A DNA stretch of 64,000 nucleotides from Camelus dromedarius (taxonomy: Eukaryota): contig NC_087436.1 of the NCBI RefSeq assembly GCF_036321535.1, forward strand, positions 117,740,001 to 117,804,000, written 5' to 3'. Below are positions 35,161-48,129 of the stretch, piece after piece. A program made the translations under genes and the position numbers. The first letter of the stretch is position 1, and every line of letters starts with the position of its first letter. Under the pieces are notes generated by a model. It was not told the DNA's origin. It saw only the letters and a program-made list of their open reading frames with translations, and searched no databases.

Positions 35161-36039
35161 CACTCTTACCAGGTCATTTTAATGGTGATAATTTAGTACA
35201 TCTTGCCGTGACCCCGGTCTTTGGCTTCTGGGCATTACCAGGGTCCCTGGGGAGGCCGAGAGCTGTGTTTGGGTTCATTTCGCAGAGACAGTGTTTAATA
35301 GAGAAAGTGAACCAGCACATTGGTCTCTCAAGCTCAACCATCCACTCCTCAAAATAGAATGTTCGAGGTGCAAGGGACAGAGCGTTAACTTCAACCCGAG
35401 CTTCTTCTTTGTTGATGAGGAAACAGACCCAGAGTGGTCAGGGGACGGCTGGTTGGCGGTGGGGTCAGGCTGGAGCCTGGGATGTCACTGTCCCATTGGG
35501 TGGGCTTTGCACCTCAGCTCAACTGCGTTAACATTGACCTTACAGAGGTGGCCACTTGGCCCTTCGTGCCCTTCCTGGATGAACTATCCCCACACGTAAC
35601 TCTGCCCTGAGACACCTCATTAAATGACATTTCATCCCTGGCGTTCTTTAGGAACACTTGATTTTAGGTTTTCAGCTCTAAATCCCTCATGTCTCAAGAG
35701 GTATTTCACACTGAAACTTGAAACTACGGGGAGACTGGCAGGTAGGGAAGTGGCGACCGAGGGAGGTATCTTGAAGTGTGGGTCCAATTCCATCCCACCA
35801 TGTGTGAAGTCAGATGAGGCATTAAAATCCCCGAACCCCCAGTTACTCATCTAAGAAGTAGGGACAAAAATAGTTCACTTCTCCTTGATTTCACAGAGTA
35901 GCTGTGACAATTAAATCAAGACATTGAGGCAGTAGATGGTGAACATAACCATGGTTTTCATGTGAAAAGTGATTTTTCTACATTAGTAGGATCACGTTAC
36001 CCCTTTTATTAAATTCTGCAGTGGTTTTCTATTGCCCTA

Positions 36040-36520
36040 ACTCATTCATTCATTCCTTCCTTCAACACATGTTGAGCACCTAGTATGTTTCAGGCACTAT
36101 TTTAAGCACCAGGGACACAGGGAGGAACAAAACAGACAAAACCCCAGTCTTGTGCTTACAATATAATAGTGAAGACAGACAACAAACAAACAGAATAAGT
36201 AAAACAGAGAATACAGGGGTAGTTTGGGTGTGTTTGGGGGACACAGGATGCTCTCGGGTATAGAGTGGGGGATGGGTAGGGGTATCGAAGGTGAGCTCTT
36301 GAAGGCGGTGAGGGGCCGGGGGACATTAAGCCTCACAGCTTTCACTGTGTGAGATGAAGACACACAGGAGGATTCTGAGCCACGGGGGATGTGATCAGAT
36401 GATGTTTTATCAAGCTCACTCTGATCATCAGGGTCAACAATGTACTTCAGTGAGGACAGGGCAGAAGCAGGAACCCCACTTAGAGGAGGTGGTGTCAGGA
36501 AGGTGGTGAGAAACGGCGGA
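36040..36520 (-). mobile_element. L2 3' end
   Basis: cattcattcattccttccttcaacacatgttgagcacctagtatgtttcaggcact. Confidence 0.85.
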
Positions 36521-37299
36521 ATATGGTAGTTCTATTATTAGCATTTGGCTATGGCTGCCAACTTATGTTCTTTGTTTTGTGATTGTGGTGTGTGAGCTAA
36601 TTTTTGGTGGGCAAGCTTTGCAGCTGGAGTCGAGGGTTGCACTTTCAAGGAGATTTTTGCACATGTGTCCTCCAGGCACCTCATCATCACTGGGCTGCTA
36701 ACTTAATTTCTAAAACAAACAACAAATATTGATTCATGATCCTAGTTAACCTGGCCTCTTAGGTTAATTTTGCTGCCTGAGCGTTCTTCAACTATGTGGG
36801 GAGTGTAACTGCTAACACCAAGTCTGAACACAGATAAGCCATGGGAATGAGTTCTTAAGGGACAACATGGTTGAGAGAGACTAGCTTGTTGGTCAGCTCC
36901 CGGGGCTGGTGGAGGATTTTTCTAATCCATCCTTCACTGAATCACTGAAATTAGAGTCTGTTGAGGGTCCCTGCTTCCTGGTGGGGTCCTCAGTTTTAAC
37001 TCTCCATCATGCATAGACCTACAGCCTCGTCTCTCAGCCCCATTTAGCCCACTAACACCCAGCCTCTAAGTTACGCCAACTTTGCGCCTCCCCCCACCCA
37101 GGCTGGCACGGGTCACCCGTGCAATTGTTCTGGTGGTCAGTCCCCAACCCCTTCTTGGAGCCCTAGAAATTCCTTTATGTGTTTTTATGAGCTTAGCTCT
37201 GCATTTAAATTAAACTTCATATGTTTTCCCCAGCCTGTAGCTGGAGGGTTAGCTAGTCCAGCGAATGGCTAGAAACATTCCCTATCCCCTATGTCACTG

Positions 37300-37492
37300 T
37301 GTCTCCCAACAGGGCTCACGTAAGGTCTGTCAGCATCAGCGTCACCTTGGGAATGTGTAATTAATAACATGCAGATTCCCTAGTTTTACCCCAGAACCAT
37401 CCAATCAGACGTGAGGGCATTTGGCCTGGGAACCTGCATTTTAACAAATGCCCAAGGTGATCAGGATGCACAGACGAGTGTGAGAACTTCTG
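37300..37492. mobile_element. MER5A-like MITE
   Basis: cagcatcagcgtcacc...atgcagattcc...gggaacctgcattttaacaa...gtgagaacttctg. Confidence 0.75.
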
Positions 37493-37630
37493 CCTGCTTG
37501 GTGGCTCAGGTTCATCAGTCAACTCAGCCAACATTCATGAAGCACCTACTGTGTGCCTGGCAGCCCACATGCCTCACAGGATGCAAAAATGAATGACTTT
37601 TTCTTTCTTCAAAGGGTGCATGGAATAGTT

Positions 37631-37806
37631 CAGAGTTTGGGAAGCTTTCTCTGCAATGGGACACATAGTAAATATTTGGGGGTCACATGGTCTATTTTGT
37701 GAAAGTTGCTGTAGACAATATGTGAATCATGGATGTGGCTGTGTCCCTAAATATTTTATTTACAAAACAGGTGGCAGGCTGGCCCACCTTGGTTTGCCAA
37801 ACTCTG
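37631..37806. mobile_element. MER58A-like hAT MITE inside a minus-strand L2
   Basis: TIRs CAGAGTTTGGGA / TGCCAAACTCTG (11 of 12 paired); gtggctgtgtccctaaatattttatttacaaaacagg. Confidence 0.8.
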
Positions 37807-38280
37807 GTGTACTTAAAAGAGAAACAGACCAGATAAAGGATCATAATGCAAACAGTTGTCATAGTGGCAATGTGGGAGAGGTGCGGAGGGAACAGGAGAG
37901 GATGAGGGGGTGTCCAGGAGGCTTCCCAGATGAACTAAAGCTGGAGCTGAGACCCGAGGGGTCCAGGGGGCAAGCTGCAGGCTACCCTTGAATGGTTAGG
38001 TTGTTTGCATTCTTTGCTATTTCAAATAGCGTCATGTGGACCATCTTTGATGTAAACTTGTCTGATTCCTTCCTTATCTTACAGGCACTGCTTCAGGCTT
38101 TGCTAGCACATTCCCAGGATGTCGTGGGAAAAGGGAGGTTTGTACCCAGTCCCACACCCTCCAGCGATGTGACTGAGGGCACATCTTCCATCCACACTAG
38201 GTTACTAACTTAATTTCTAAAAACACCAACAAATATCAATTCATGATAAGACTTAGTCTGGCCTTTAATCACAAAAACTT

Positions 38281-39061
38281 TTTTAAAATTGAAGTATAGT
38301 TGATTCACAATATTACATTAGTTTCTGGTGTACAGCAGAGTGATTCAGTTCTACACTTCTATATATTCCTTTTCATATTTTTTCATTATAGATTATTATA
38401 AGACATTGAATACAGTCCCCTGTTCTACACAGTAGGATCTTGTTTTTTATCTATTTTATATACAGTAGTTATTATCTGCAAATCCCAAACCCTTCCCCCT
38501 CCATCCTTTTTGGTAACCATAAGTTTGTTTTCTTTGTCTGTGAGTCTCTTTCTTTTTTGTAAATAAGTTCATTTGTGTCCATTTTTTTAGATTCCACACA
38601 TAAGTGATGTAATATAATATTTGTCTCTGTCTGCCTTACTTCACTCAGTATGATCATCTTTAGGTCCATCCATGCTGCTGCAAATGGCATTATTTCATTC
38701 TTTTTTATGGATGAGTAGTATTTCATTGTATAAATATACCACAACTTCTTTAACTAGTTATCTGTCAGTGGACATTTAGGTTGCTTCCATGTCTTGGCTA
38801 CTGTAAATAGTGCTGCTATGAACACTGGGGTGCATGTATGTTTTGGAATTAGAGTTTTCTCCAGGTATATGCCCAGGAGTGGCATTGCTGGATCATATGG
38901 TAAGTCTATTTTTAGTTTTTTAAGGAATCTCCATACTGTTGTCCATAGTGGCTGCACCAATTTACATTCCCACCAGCAGTGTAGGAGGGTTCCCTTTTCT
39001 CCACATCCTCTCCAGCATTTATCATTTGTGGAGTTTTTAGTGATAGCCATTCTGACCACTG
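38281..39061 (-). mobile_element. 5'-truncated artiodactyl-type L1 with decayed ORF2 C-terminus
   Basis: ORFs 38754-39068 ([26 protein letters not shown]...) and 38472-38744 (MWYIYTMKYYSSIKKNEIMPFAA...) separated by a stop; TSD TAATCACAAAA at 38266 and 39062. Confidence 0.92.
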
Positions 39062-39997
39062 TAATCACAAAATTTTAAACCTAGACTGGAAAACCTCACT
39101 TGTCTTATTATTTTCATGTGATGTTCCAGAATTTTTTTTAATATTAAGATATAACTGACTTATAACACTGTGTGAGTTTAAGGCATATAACGTGTGGATT
39201 TGATACATTTATAAATGGCAAATCTGATGAGCACTTCAGCACATCCTTAGCCTTGGCCCAGGGGTGCTCCAATTTTGTTTCTGAGTGTCGGGCAGCATAG
39301 ACTATAGGTTCTGGGAAGTGAGAGTTTCCCCTGGAGTGGGGCGTGTCTTCCTGAGGTCTGACCCTGGAGGAGGATTGACGCCCCATCTCTTTGCTGTGTG
39401 ATTGGCACAGTCCGCCCAGCCCACTGGGCTCAGGAATCAGCTTTTAACACCATGGATAAACGCACGCCCACATCAGCAGAAAGGAGACCCGGGGAGCCTG
39501 TTTGATCTCAGTGGAAAGCTGGCCCAGGCCGGCATCCTGACATTTGGAAACAGTGAATACAATTACCCATCTGTGGACCAAAAGGGATTTTTCTTTCCTT
39601 TAAGGGAATTGAAGGTATTTTGCTCTTGGTAGCATTTCTCTCTGAGGCCCCTTCTGACAAAGCAGTGTGGAGACTCCTCCACGAAGTTTAATCCAAAAAA
39701 GAAGGCACTCCAGACAGGAAGACAGCTCGTGACAGAGTTCCACGTCCCCAGGGAGCCCACCTTTCAGTCGGGGAGGGTGGGAGGCAGAGCCAGCCTGGTC
39801 CTTCCCAGTTTGCTCGGGGCCTTGGCTGACAAGTTTCAGGTGTCCCTCGCACAGCCCTGCGAGCAGGTGCGCTTGCTTCCTCAAGACACAGGAGGCCCCT
39901 GAGACCAGGCCTCAGGAAATTGCCCAAGACCATGGACAAGGCAGGACTGGGACGTGAACTCGAGTTTCCCGACTTCCAACTCAGTTCTTTTCCTGCT

Positions 39998-40437
39998 TGT
40001 GATGCATTGAATGGCACCTCCTTCCAATTTATATGTTGAAGTCCTAACCCCCAGGACCTCCAAATGTGACCTTATTTGGAAATAGAGTCTTTGCAGCGAG
40101 TTAAGATGGAGTCATACTGGAGTAGGGAGAGCCCCTAATTCAATATGACTGGTGTCTTTATTTTTAAAAAATCCGTGTGGAGAGACAGAGACATGTACAG
40201 AGGGAAGACGACGTGAAGACCTAAGGGGAGCACCGCCTGCAGGCCCAGGGGTGCCTGAGGTGACCAGAAGCTGGGAGGGAGGCCCAGGACAGAGCTGCCC
40301 TCCCAGCCCTCAGAAGGAGCCGAATCTGTGGCACCTTGACCTCAGGCTTGCAGCCTCCCGAACTGTCAGACAATAATTTCCTATTCCTTATGCCCCCCAG
40401 TCTGAGGTGTGTGAATCATCGCAAGGAAACTCATGCA
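39998..40437 (+). mobile_element. MLT1B/C-like solo LTR
   Basis: tatgttgaagtcctaaccccca...tgtgaccttatttggaaatag...ggaaactcatgca. Confidence 0.85.
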
Positions 40438-40544
40438 CCCGTCATCATAGTAACAGAAATTGCAGTGCTTGAGGACTGACTGTGTGGCAATATAATTTAT
40501 TGAGACTTGTTCTTCCCATATCTTTTCCTTCCAACCCCCCAAAT

Positions 40545-41018
40545 CTAGGATAGAGATGGCTAACTGTTCTCCTTCCTTTAATAACAGAAAACTCCTCCCC
40601 CATTTTAATAGCCAGAAAGTACATCTCCCAGCTTCCCGTGCAGCGAGATGCGGCCCCACGACCACGTTCTCACCCGGGGAGAGTGAGCGGAAGGAAGCCA
40701 CTTGCGCAGCACGTCCCTGAGAACTCGCTAGCTCTACAATTTCTCTCTCTCTCTCTCTCTCTCTTTTTTAAGTCTTCTTAGAAGCAGGAATGTGGCCCCT
40801 AGATAGCCATTGTCCACTTCCACCACGTGGGCATAGAGCAAGGGGAAGGAACCCGGGTGCCTGCGTGACTCTGTGGAGCAGAACCCCACCCACCCTGGGC
40901 TGCCTGCCTTCCTCTGGGCTGTCGTGAGATGGAGGGAGAGGCCTCCCTCTTGTCAGGGCCGCTGTGTTTCAGGAACTGTGGGTTACGAAGCTCAGCCTGC
41001 ATATCCTGACCTGCGTAT
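40545..41018 (+). mobile_element. MLT1J-like LTR containing (CT)n at 40742-40764
   Basis: acatctcccagcttcccgtgcagc...ctgtggagcag...ccctgggctgcctgcc. Confidence 0.65.
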
Positions 41019-41929
41019 GCATCTACCCTTTGCTTCCTTCAGAGATGGTTATTATGTTGCCGGCCTGAACCAGGAGTGGCACTCAGACCATCCGGTGAGC
41101 TACTTTTTCAGATAGCTTTCTGGAAGGATAATTGACTTACAATAAACTGGACATAGTTAAGGTGCATGATCTGATAAGAAGTTATGCCTCTGAAACCATC
41201 ACCACAATCAAGATAATGGACCACCTCCTTGAAAAGCTTTGGTCACTGAGTTTTGTTTTACAGATGCCCTAACTCCTTGATGGGGAGAGGAGAGGAGCAA
41301 ATGCCTCTGAGAGCACTTGGAGGTAAGAGAGACCCTGGGGCTGGGAACGGGACAGACAGCGGGGCCTTATGTCTGGAGGCAGAGGGCCTGGGAATCTGAA
41401 TTCTTAAGAAGGCTCTCAAGTGATTCCAATACATATCCAGGTTGGGGGAAATCTGGTTTTGAGTCTTTTCCTGGGAGATGAGTGAGTCCGAGGCAGTCCC
41501 GGCTTCAATTCTGCATCCTGTGCCCCTTCCACGTCCATGTGGCCTCCCCAGAGTATTAACTTTATGTTCTACAAAGAACACAAGGAGAAAAACTTTGTTA
41601 TTCTTCTGATTAACAGGGAAGTTGTCCAACTGGCTGCACTTGAATTATATCCCCTAAATATTAAACTCGGGCATCTTTGGTTTTCATTTGTTTTATTGGA
41701 TTGTATGGATTTGCTCTGAAAGAGGAGGGAGAGGGTGGGGTGGGGAGGGTTCTGGGACGGTGGCCATTTTTGCCACATGCAGAAGGCCAACACCGCTTCC
41801 AGGAGACTTCAGTGGACACAAGGATTCCTTCTCTCAGTGAGAGGTTTTTTCCCTTCCAGAGAGTATCTGGGTTCAGAATTTGCAAGAAGCCGAAGGCTTT
41901 TCTGGTTCCCCGTCTAAAGGACGGTTCCT

Positions 41930-42600
41930 GGCTGAGCAGCTCCAGCTCACGGCTTCCTTCCCGCGGGGGCTGGGCGGCTGCTTAGAACATAGACTCTCAG
42001 AGGATCCGCCGAAGACCACAGGCACTTACGTTCTCGGCCGCCCTTAAAACGCGGTGATTTTCAATCAGGAGCCCACAGCCGAAGCGCGGCGTTCCGTTTT
42101 GACTCGTCACGCAGGGCTCTGCAGCCTGCTTTTAGCGTCTCCGCGTCCGAGGGCAGACCCCGGGCGGCTGGCGGCTGAGTCGGGAACGCTCGCTCTGCCG
42201 GGGAGGGTCCTCGGGCCCGAGGCGCCCGCCCGGCACAGGCGTCGCGGAACACACGCGGCCCGAGCCCCGCGTGCCCCCCAGCGGAGCCGACGCTGGCGGG
42301 TAGGGGGCCGCTTCCAGCGGAGAAGGGGCAGAGAGGGCAGGGCCGGTGGCCGCCCGGTGACCAACGCTCCCCCTGGGTGGACACATTGTGGAGAGGCTTC
42401 TGGGGAGGGACCCTGCCCTGGGGCTGACGGGGAAGTGGGGTTCGCAGGGAGCAGCCAGGCAGCAACCTGCCCTGTTAGAAAGGGGGAGCCCGCTGCATTT
42501 CCATCCCTCTGCACAAATGCGGATCTGCCGACCTTGCCGAGCTCTCAGAGCGGGAGGGAGTGAGCTGCAGGGCCTTCCGCGTTGTCGCTCCTCTGTAACG
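41930..42600. promoter_or_regulatory. CpG island / probable promoter
   Basis: Very GC-rich, densest CpG block in an otherwise CpG-depleted window, no recognisable repeat. Confidence 0.85.
42030..42330 (-). other. Candidate non-coding first exon (5' end uncertain)
   Basis: Minus-strand donor AAC|GTAAGTG with intron starting at 42029; no minus-strand ATG in 42030-42380. Confidence 0.4.
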
Positions 42601-42929
42601 CCTCCATGTGACTTCGTGTGGCTCTTCCCTGGCCAAGCTGTGTTCCTAATCTGGGCACCTTGGGCACAGAATGTAGGCTCCAGGTGGGAATTCTGTGTCT
42701 CTTTAGTTCAGCTCCTGCCTTGCCCCAAGGGGAAAGTGGAGCTGAGAGAATTCATGGGACTTACCTCAAATCACATAGTGAATTTGTGTGGAGTTGGGAT
42801 GTGTTTGCAAAATTTTGGTATCTACCTAAATTTCTTTGCCGTGGCAACCAAAGCCATCTTTCTAGTCCTGGGCTTTTCACTTGAGCCAAGAACGAGATTT
42901 CTTTTGTTTGTTTTTTCCAAGATTGCAAA

Positions 42930-44370
42930 AATGCTGCCTATGTCTTCCTTCATAAAATTTTAATTTTATCAAAATTTACATGTATCCAACGTAAGGGGTC
43001 AAATGATTATTCCTATGCTGCTACGGAAAACAGCAGCCTCCCAGCCATCCCTCCTTCTCTTTCTCCGGAGGTCACAGCTCTCAACTCTTTTGCCTGTTTT
43101 TAATACTTTTTTTAATTACCTTCCTCTTATGAGATAATGCGCTTCTGTTACTATTTCTCGATTTTGCTGTTTTGCCTTTCACTGTAGAAGATTGGGTTTA
43201 GTTCTCTTTCATTCTCATCTCTCCCTCCCCCTCCCCCTTCAACCTTCGAAGCTTTCCAGGTTTCCAATGAATTTTAATCTTCATTCTTAGATTAATATTT
43301 GCCTGTGCATTTTTATGAGTACATAAATCCTATTCAGATGTATCAGGTATTCTACACATTTTTCTTCCAGAAGAAGCCTCTCCTGGAAATGTCTGACTCG
43401 AGCCAGTCAAGGCTCAATGCAGGGTTACATTCTGGGCTCTCCCTTCATCAGGGTCTCCAGACCCCCATGGCCTCTCTCCTGTGATAGATCCTGGCTTCCT
43501 ATAAGCCATACCTTTTTTCCTTAAGTGATTTATTCCTTTTTCTAGAAACAAATGTGCATTCTCATGTAGCTTTCTGAGATAGATTTTTTAAATTTAAAAT
43601 TTCATAAGACTTTGGATGTTTGAAGATAGTCTATGCTCACACTTGACAGAGAACTGGGTGGAGCATTCTGGGTTAAAAGTTACTTCCTCTCGAGTGAAAA
43701 GGCATTTCGTTGCTGCTTTGCAGATGTGAGGCTGCTGTGGTGGAGAGGCCCAGTGCCCGACACTGTCATGACCGTTGCCATTTGCATGTGGTCTATTTTT
43801 TTCTTTCTGGAAGATTGTAGCATCTTTTCTTTGTCACTAGTGTTCTGAAATCTCATGATGGTGTTCCTTGCAGTGAGTCCCTTTATGTCCACTGTGCTGG
43901 ACACTCAGTGGATCCTTTCAATATGAAGACTTGTGCCTTCAGTTCTAGAAAATGGTCTTGAAGTTTATTTCTTTGAAGATTTCCTCTCATTTTGTTTTTG
44001 TTATTTTTTTTCCCCTTTTGGTAATTTCTATTATTCATATATTAGACTTCCTGGACAGGACTCTAATTTTCTTTCTTTTCTCCCTCTTTCTTCTTTTTTT
44101 CTCATTGTCATTTTCTATAGGTTCTGGGAAATTTTCTCAGATTCATAAATTTACTTTCAAAACTTTTAATTTTATCATTTGCACTGTCATATTTTAAAAT
44201 TCCAAGACAACTTTTCCTTTGGTTCCCTGACTGTCTCTTTTATATAGCAGCCTGTTCTTGTTTCCTGGAATGCAATATCTTTCTTCTTTCCTCCATAGTC
44301 TATTTTCTCAAAGTTACTTTTCCCCCTACTTGTTTGTGTCTCTGTATTTCACCTTCAAAGATTCTTTAGA
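42930..44370 (-). mobile_element. Old L1M (L1ME-like) fragments
   Basis: T-rich; gttctgaaatctcatgatggtgttcctt...gctggacactcagtggatcctttcaatatgaagact. Confidence 0.65.
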
Positions 44371-44692
44371 TGTCTGGGGATTGCCTCCCACACGTATCCC
44401 TCCTGCCTGCATTGCTATAGCCACCTCTGAGCAGATCTACCAACATTTGGTCTTTCTCCTCTTCTAGTTCATTTGGCATAATCCTGTCAAATCAGTCTTT
44501 CTTAAATGCAGGGTCTACATGCTATTTCATTAATAAAAATTCTGTTTCATCAGTGGCTCCCTATTTCCTGCGTGGTGAGATCTAAACTTTGCCATTTTTA
44601 ACATTTCCAAACTCTGATTCCACCAAAACTATGCACCACATCTCTTGTCCTTGTAACATGGACACTTCTTATGTGGTCAGAGTTGAGGATCA

Positions 44693-44694
<2 letters not shown>

Positions 44695-44757
<63 letters not shown>
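44695..44757 (+). repeat. (TAA)21 microsatellite at the tail of a minus-strand MIR (~44695-44945)
   Basis: Perfect TAA run. Confidence 0.95.
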
Positions 44758-44759
<2 letters not shown>

Positions 44760-45650
44760 GTTAATAATGCTAAGGACGTTATGCATTTCCAGACATTGAC
44801 TTTTTCTAATAGTTCTGTGGTGCCTGCATCATTATGCCCACCTTGCAGGTAAAGAAATGGAGGCTCATACAGGTGAAGTGGCCAACCCAAGATAACACAG
44901 TAGGTAAGGAGCAAAGCAGGGGTGGAGCCATGACTCAGTGCATCCACCGTGTTGTCTCCTGGTGGACTCAGGTGATTCACCTGGGTGACAAGTTTTCATC
45001 AAGGCCTCTAGCTGGTAAGTGGCACTGCCACATTCATTGATGGAGGGCTCCCATGTCTTTCTGCTAAGTGCCAGCTCCTCTCTAAATTCAGTGATCTGTT
45101 GTAAACATTTTGCGCCTTGTTCACAAGCATGTGAAAATTCTTAGTTATTCTGATGCCTGGGTTAATGGAAACTGCTTACCGTCTTTGAAGACAATCAGGC
45201 TTGGCCTCCTGCCTTCTTTCCATATAATTTTTAATAAACCAGTAATATCTCTCCGAGCGTTGCAGACCTCTGGCTTGAAACAACAAACCTGGATTTGCTT
45301 AAGAGGGCCGTAATTTCCTATGAGCTAGGATTACAGGCTGTCTAGAACTTCTTAATGAATAGTCACACTGCCTTTCTGAAACATTAATGTATTTGCCAAC
45401 GCAAATTGGAAGTTTGCAGTAAGGTTGTCCTTTTGGGAAATTAGGGGCTTCTAGAGGCTGGCCAGTGATGGACACTGGTGCTCGGTCATTTCTTTGATGA
45501 GACTTCACGGCCTCTTTGTTAGCCTCTCCCCTTCATATTCTCCCCTGACATCTTACTCTTTTATTTTTATGGGTTATCCATAATTGAAACATTTTAAGAT
45601 TCAATCCTACCATTTTGTTGAAGATAAAATCAAGCTCAAACCTCAAACCT

Positions 45651-45709
45651 TATTTTATTTTATTTTATTTTATTTTATTTTATTTTATTTTATTTTATTT
45701 TATTTTATT
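45651..45709 (+). repeat. (TATTT)~12 microsatellite
   Basis: Perfect pentamer run. Confidence 0.95.
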
Positions 45710-46399
45710 CAGCTTCTTTTCCCTGGGATTGGACTAGTGGGGAGACTACTTGAGAAGAACCCAGAAAACCCAAGTTCAGAGTTAATGTTAATTGGCTGCA
45801 TGACATTGGAGAAGACATGGTGCCTCTGAACCGCAATTTCTCGATGAGGGTTAAACTAACGATTCTCAAAGCAGCTTGACATTCTGTAACTTGAGTATAC
45901 TTGCTTCTCATTTCACAGTTTCCATGGAATACGAGGATTGAAATGGCAATCAATCCTTCTTGATGTCACCTTAAGACCCTAAATTGAACAGTGATGAGGA
46001 CCCTGTTGGGAAACTCCAATAGCGCCTTCTCCAGGGAGGAAAGGTGGACGCTGCTTTGCAAGAGAGACTGTCTTTTTGACTTTTACCTCCTTCCGATTTC
46101 AAACACAATGGTTCTGCTAAGCTGTTTTTTTCTTTCCCTGTGAAAATAATTTTGTGAGAAAATGTAACCAATACAATTACACTGAACTTTCATAAGATGA
46201 AATGTTAATAAAAATGGATGCTTGACCAATAAAATACTTGATGCCAAATTAAATGAGCCTGAAGGGAATTTTGCTTTGGAGCAAACTCCATGGGAAACAG
46301 GATGAAAAGGAAAATAATATTTTTAAGCAACTATATGAATTTCTCCAGAAGTAAAAAATATATGTTTAAACATCTTTGGCTTGCCTAGAGGGACTAAAA

Positions 46400-46650
46400 C
46401 AGAGTTGCCAAAGACGTGGAAGCTAAGGACAGATTTCTTGAGTTCAAATCCCCGTTTTGCTCGTTCTTTTCTGCCAGCCTTAAGTGAGTCACTTAACCTC
46501 TTTGTGCTTCAGGTTTCTGGTCTGTAAATTGGGGCTGATAACAGTATTTCCCCATAATGCTGCTGTGAGGATGGGGTTTCCACACATAAGGCAGTTAGTA
46601 ACGCTTGGTGTCTAGCAAGCCTTGAGTCTGTGCTACTCATCATTACCACA
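46400..46650 (+). mobile_element. MIR
   Basis: gagttcaaatcccc...gtcacttaacctctttgtgcttcaggtttc. Confidence 0.75.
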
Positions 46651-47569
46651 GAGTCACAGACTTGGAATAACATTGTTCTTGAGAGATTATGTGTTCTGGT
46701 CCCTGCCCTGAGCACAAAGTTTGGTTCCCTATTTTAACCAGGAGGCATCGGGGGGCTTGAGCTGTTGAAGGACTTTCCCAAGGCCACACAGCTGGTCCGC
46801 GATGGGAAGAAAGAATTAGTGTTCAGCACGAGTGACCTGTAGACTCCGCAATTCCCACTCCTTCATATTGCAGCTGAGATGATGATCAGAATGCTTCAGA
46901 AAAAAAACATTTGGGTTAATTAAGCTTCTGGTTAGCCAACAACCACCTTTTCCTAGGGTAGCCCAGAGGGTAAATTAGGGTAGAGGCTGCAAAAGACTAT
47001 GGTCTGGCCCATTGTACCTCTACCAGTATTCATTCCCTTCCTCTCGAGCCTGGATTCCACCATCCGAGAGTCTCTGCTGGGACACTGGGGCCAGGCCACC
47101 AGGTCCTTCGTGGCCACTCCCTATTTGCTCCTTCAGCCCCATCTGCTCCTTGGAACCCAAAGCTCAGGACACAGCAACCTACCTGGGTTTCCCAATATGG
47201 AGTGTGCTCTCGCGCACATCTCGCAATGGGGACACGTGCTTGTCTTGAGGAAAGCCCAAGAGTCCGCTCCTTTGAGAGCTTTTTCCTCCTTCAAGATGTT
47301 ATTCACTTGTCCCCTCGGCATCATCTTATAAAAAACTCTGTTATAGCACTTGTCATATGAAATTACGAATTTTCAGAAAACCAGCCCATCCCTTCTTCTA
47401 GTTAGAGACCTTCTTGAAGATGGGAACCAGGCCGGGTTCTTCTCTGGACATCTAGTTCAATGGCTGTCTTCACCCGCTTGTCTGGGAAAGTTCAAAGTAA
47501 CCAACAGAGTGACATGTTCCTTGACAACCGAGACTCTGAGACTCTGATGTTTTCTTTGTTTCATTTTTC

Positions 47570-47900
47570 ATTTTTTTCTTTGAAAATAAAATTTCAAATC
47601 TTTCCACCAGAATATGATATACACACGAAAATTATACATATTATAAGTACACAGCTTGATGACATTTATAAACTGAACACAGCTATGAACACAGTGCCCA
47701 GACCGTTTGTTACCAGCTGCTCAGCATCCTCTCAGGCCCCTTCCCGTCAGTATCCATCTCCCCTCTGCCTTCGGGGAACCACCATCCTGATTTTTGACTG
47801 TGATTAATTTTACCTCTAGTTTTGACATAAATGGACGCATACTGTGTGCCCTCTTCAGTGTCTGGCTGCTTTCACTCAGTAGCATGTTGCCGGGCTCTGC
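47570..47900 (-). mobile_element. L1M 3'UTR fragment
   Basis: aagtacacagcttgatga...aaccaccatcctgattttt...gtctggctgctttcactcag. Confidence 0.75.
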
Positions 47901-48129
47901 ATTTTTGACGGGAGGTATAAGAAGTACAAGATGTGGTTTGAAAGCATACTGGTCTCTAACCTGCCTTCCCCATATCACTGAAATCTGGCACGGAGTAAAT
48001 GAAAGAATATGAGAAAACCTGATTTGGCTAAGGTTTCATCACTACTTACTGACAAAATTTATGTTATAAACAGTTTCTCTTTTGTTCCGTCAAATATGCA
48101 TATTGAAAACTTAAAGGATAACTTCTGAA

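Noticed and set aside
38472..39068. ORFs with a Cys-rich motif as a host gene
   Set aside because: L1 ORF2 C-terminus, 5'-truncated and interrupted by a stop.
44589..44980. Poly-Ile and poly-Tyr ORFs
   Set aside because: Translations of (TAA)21.
44966..44986. Palindrome CAGGTGA-T-TCACCTG as a hairpin or miRNA
   Set aside because: Far too short for a pre-miRNA; such palindromes are expected by chance in 64 kb.
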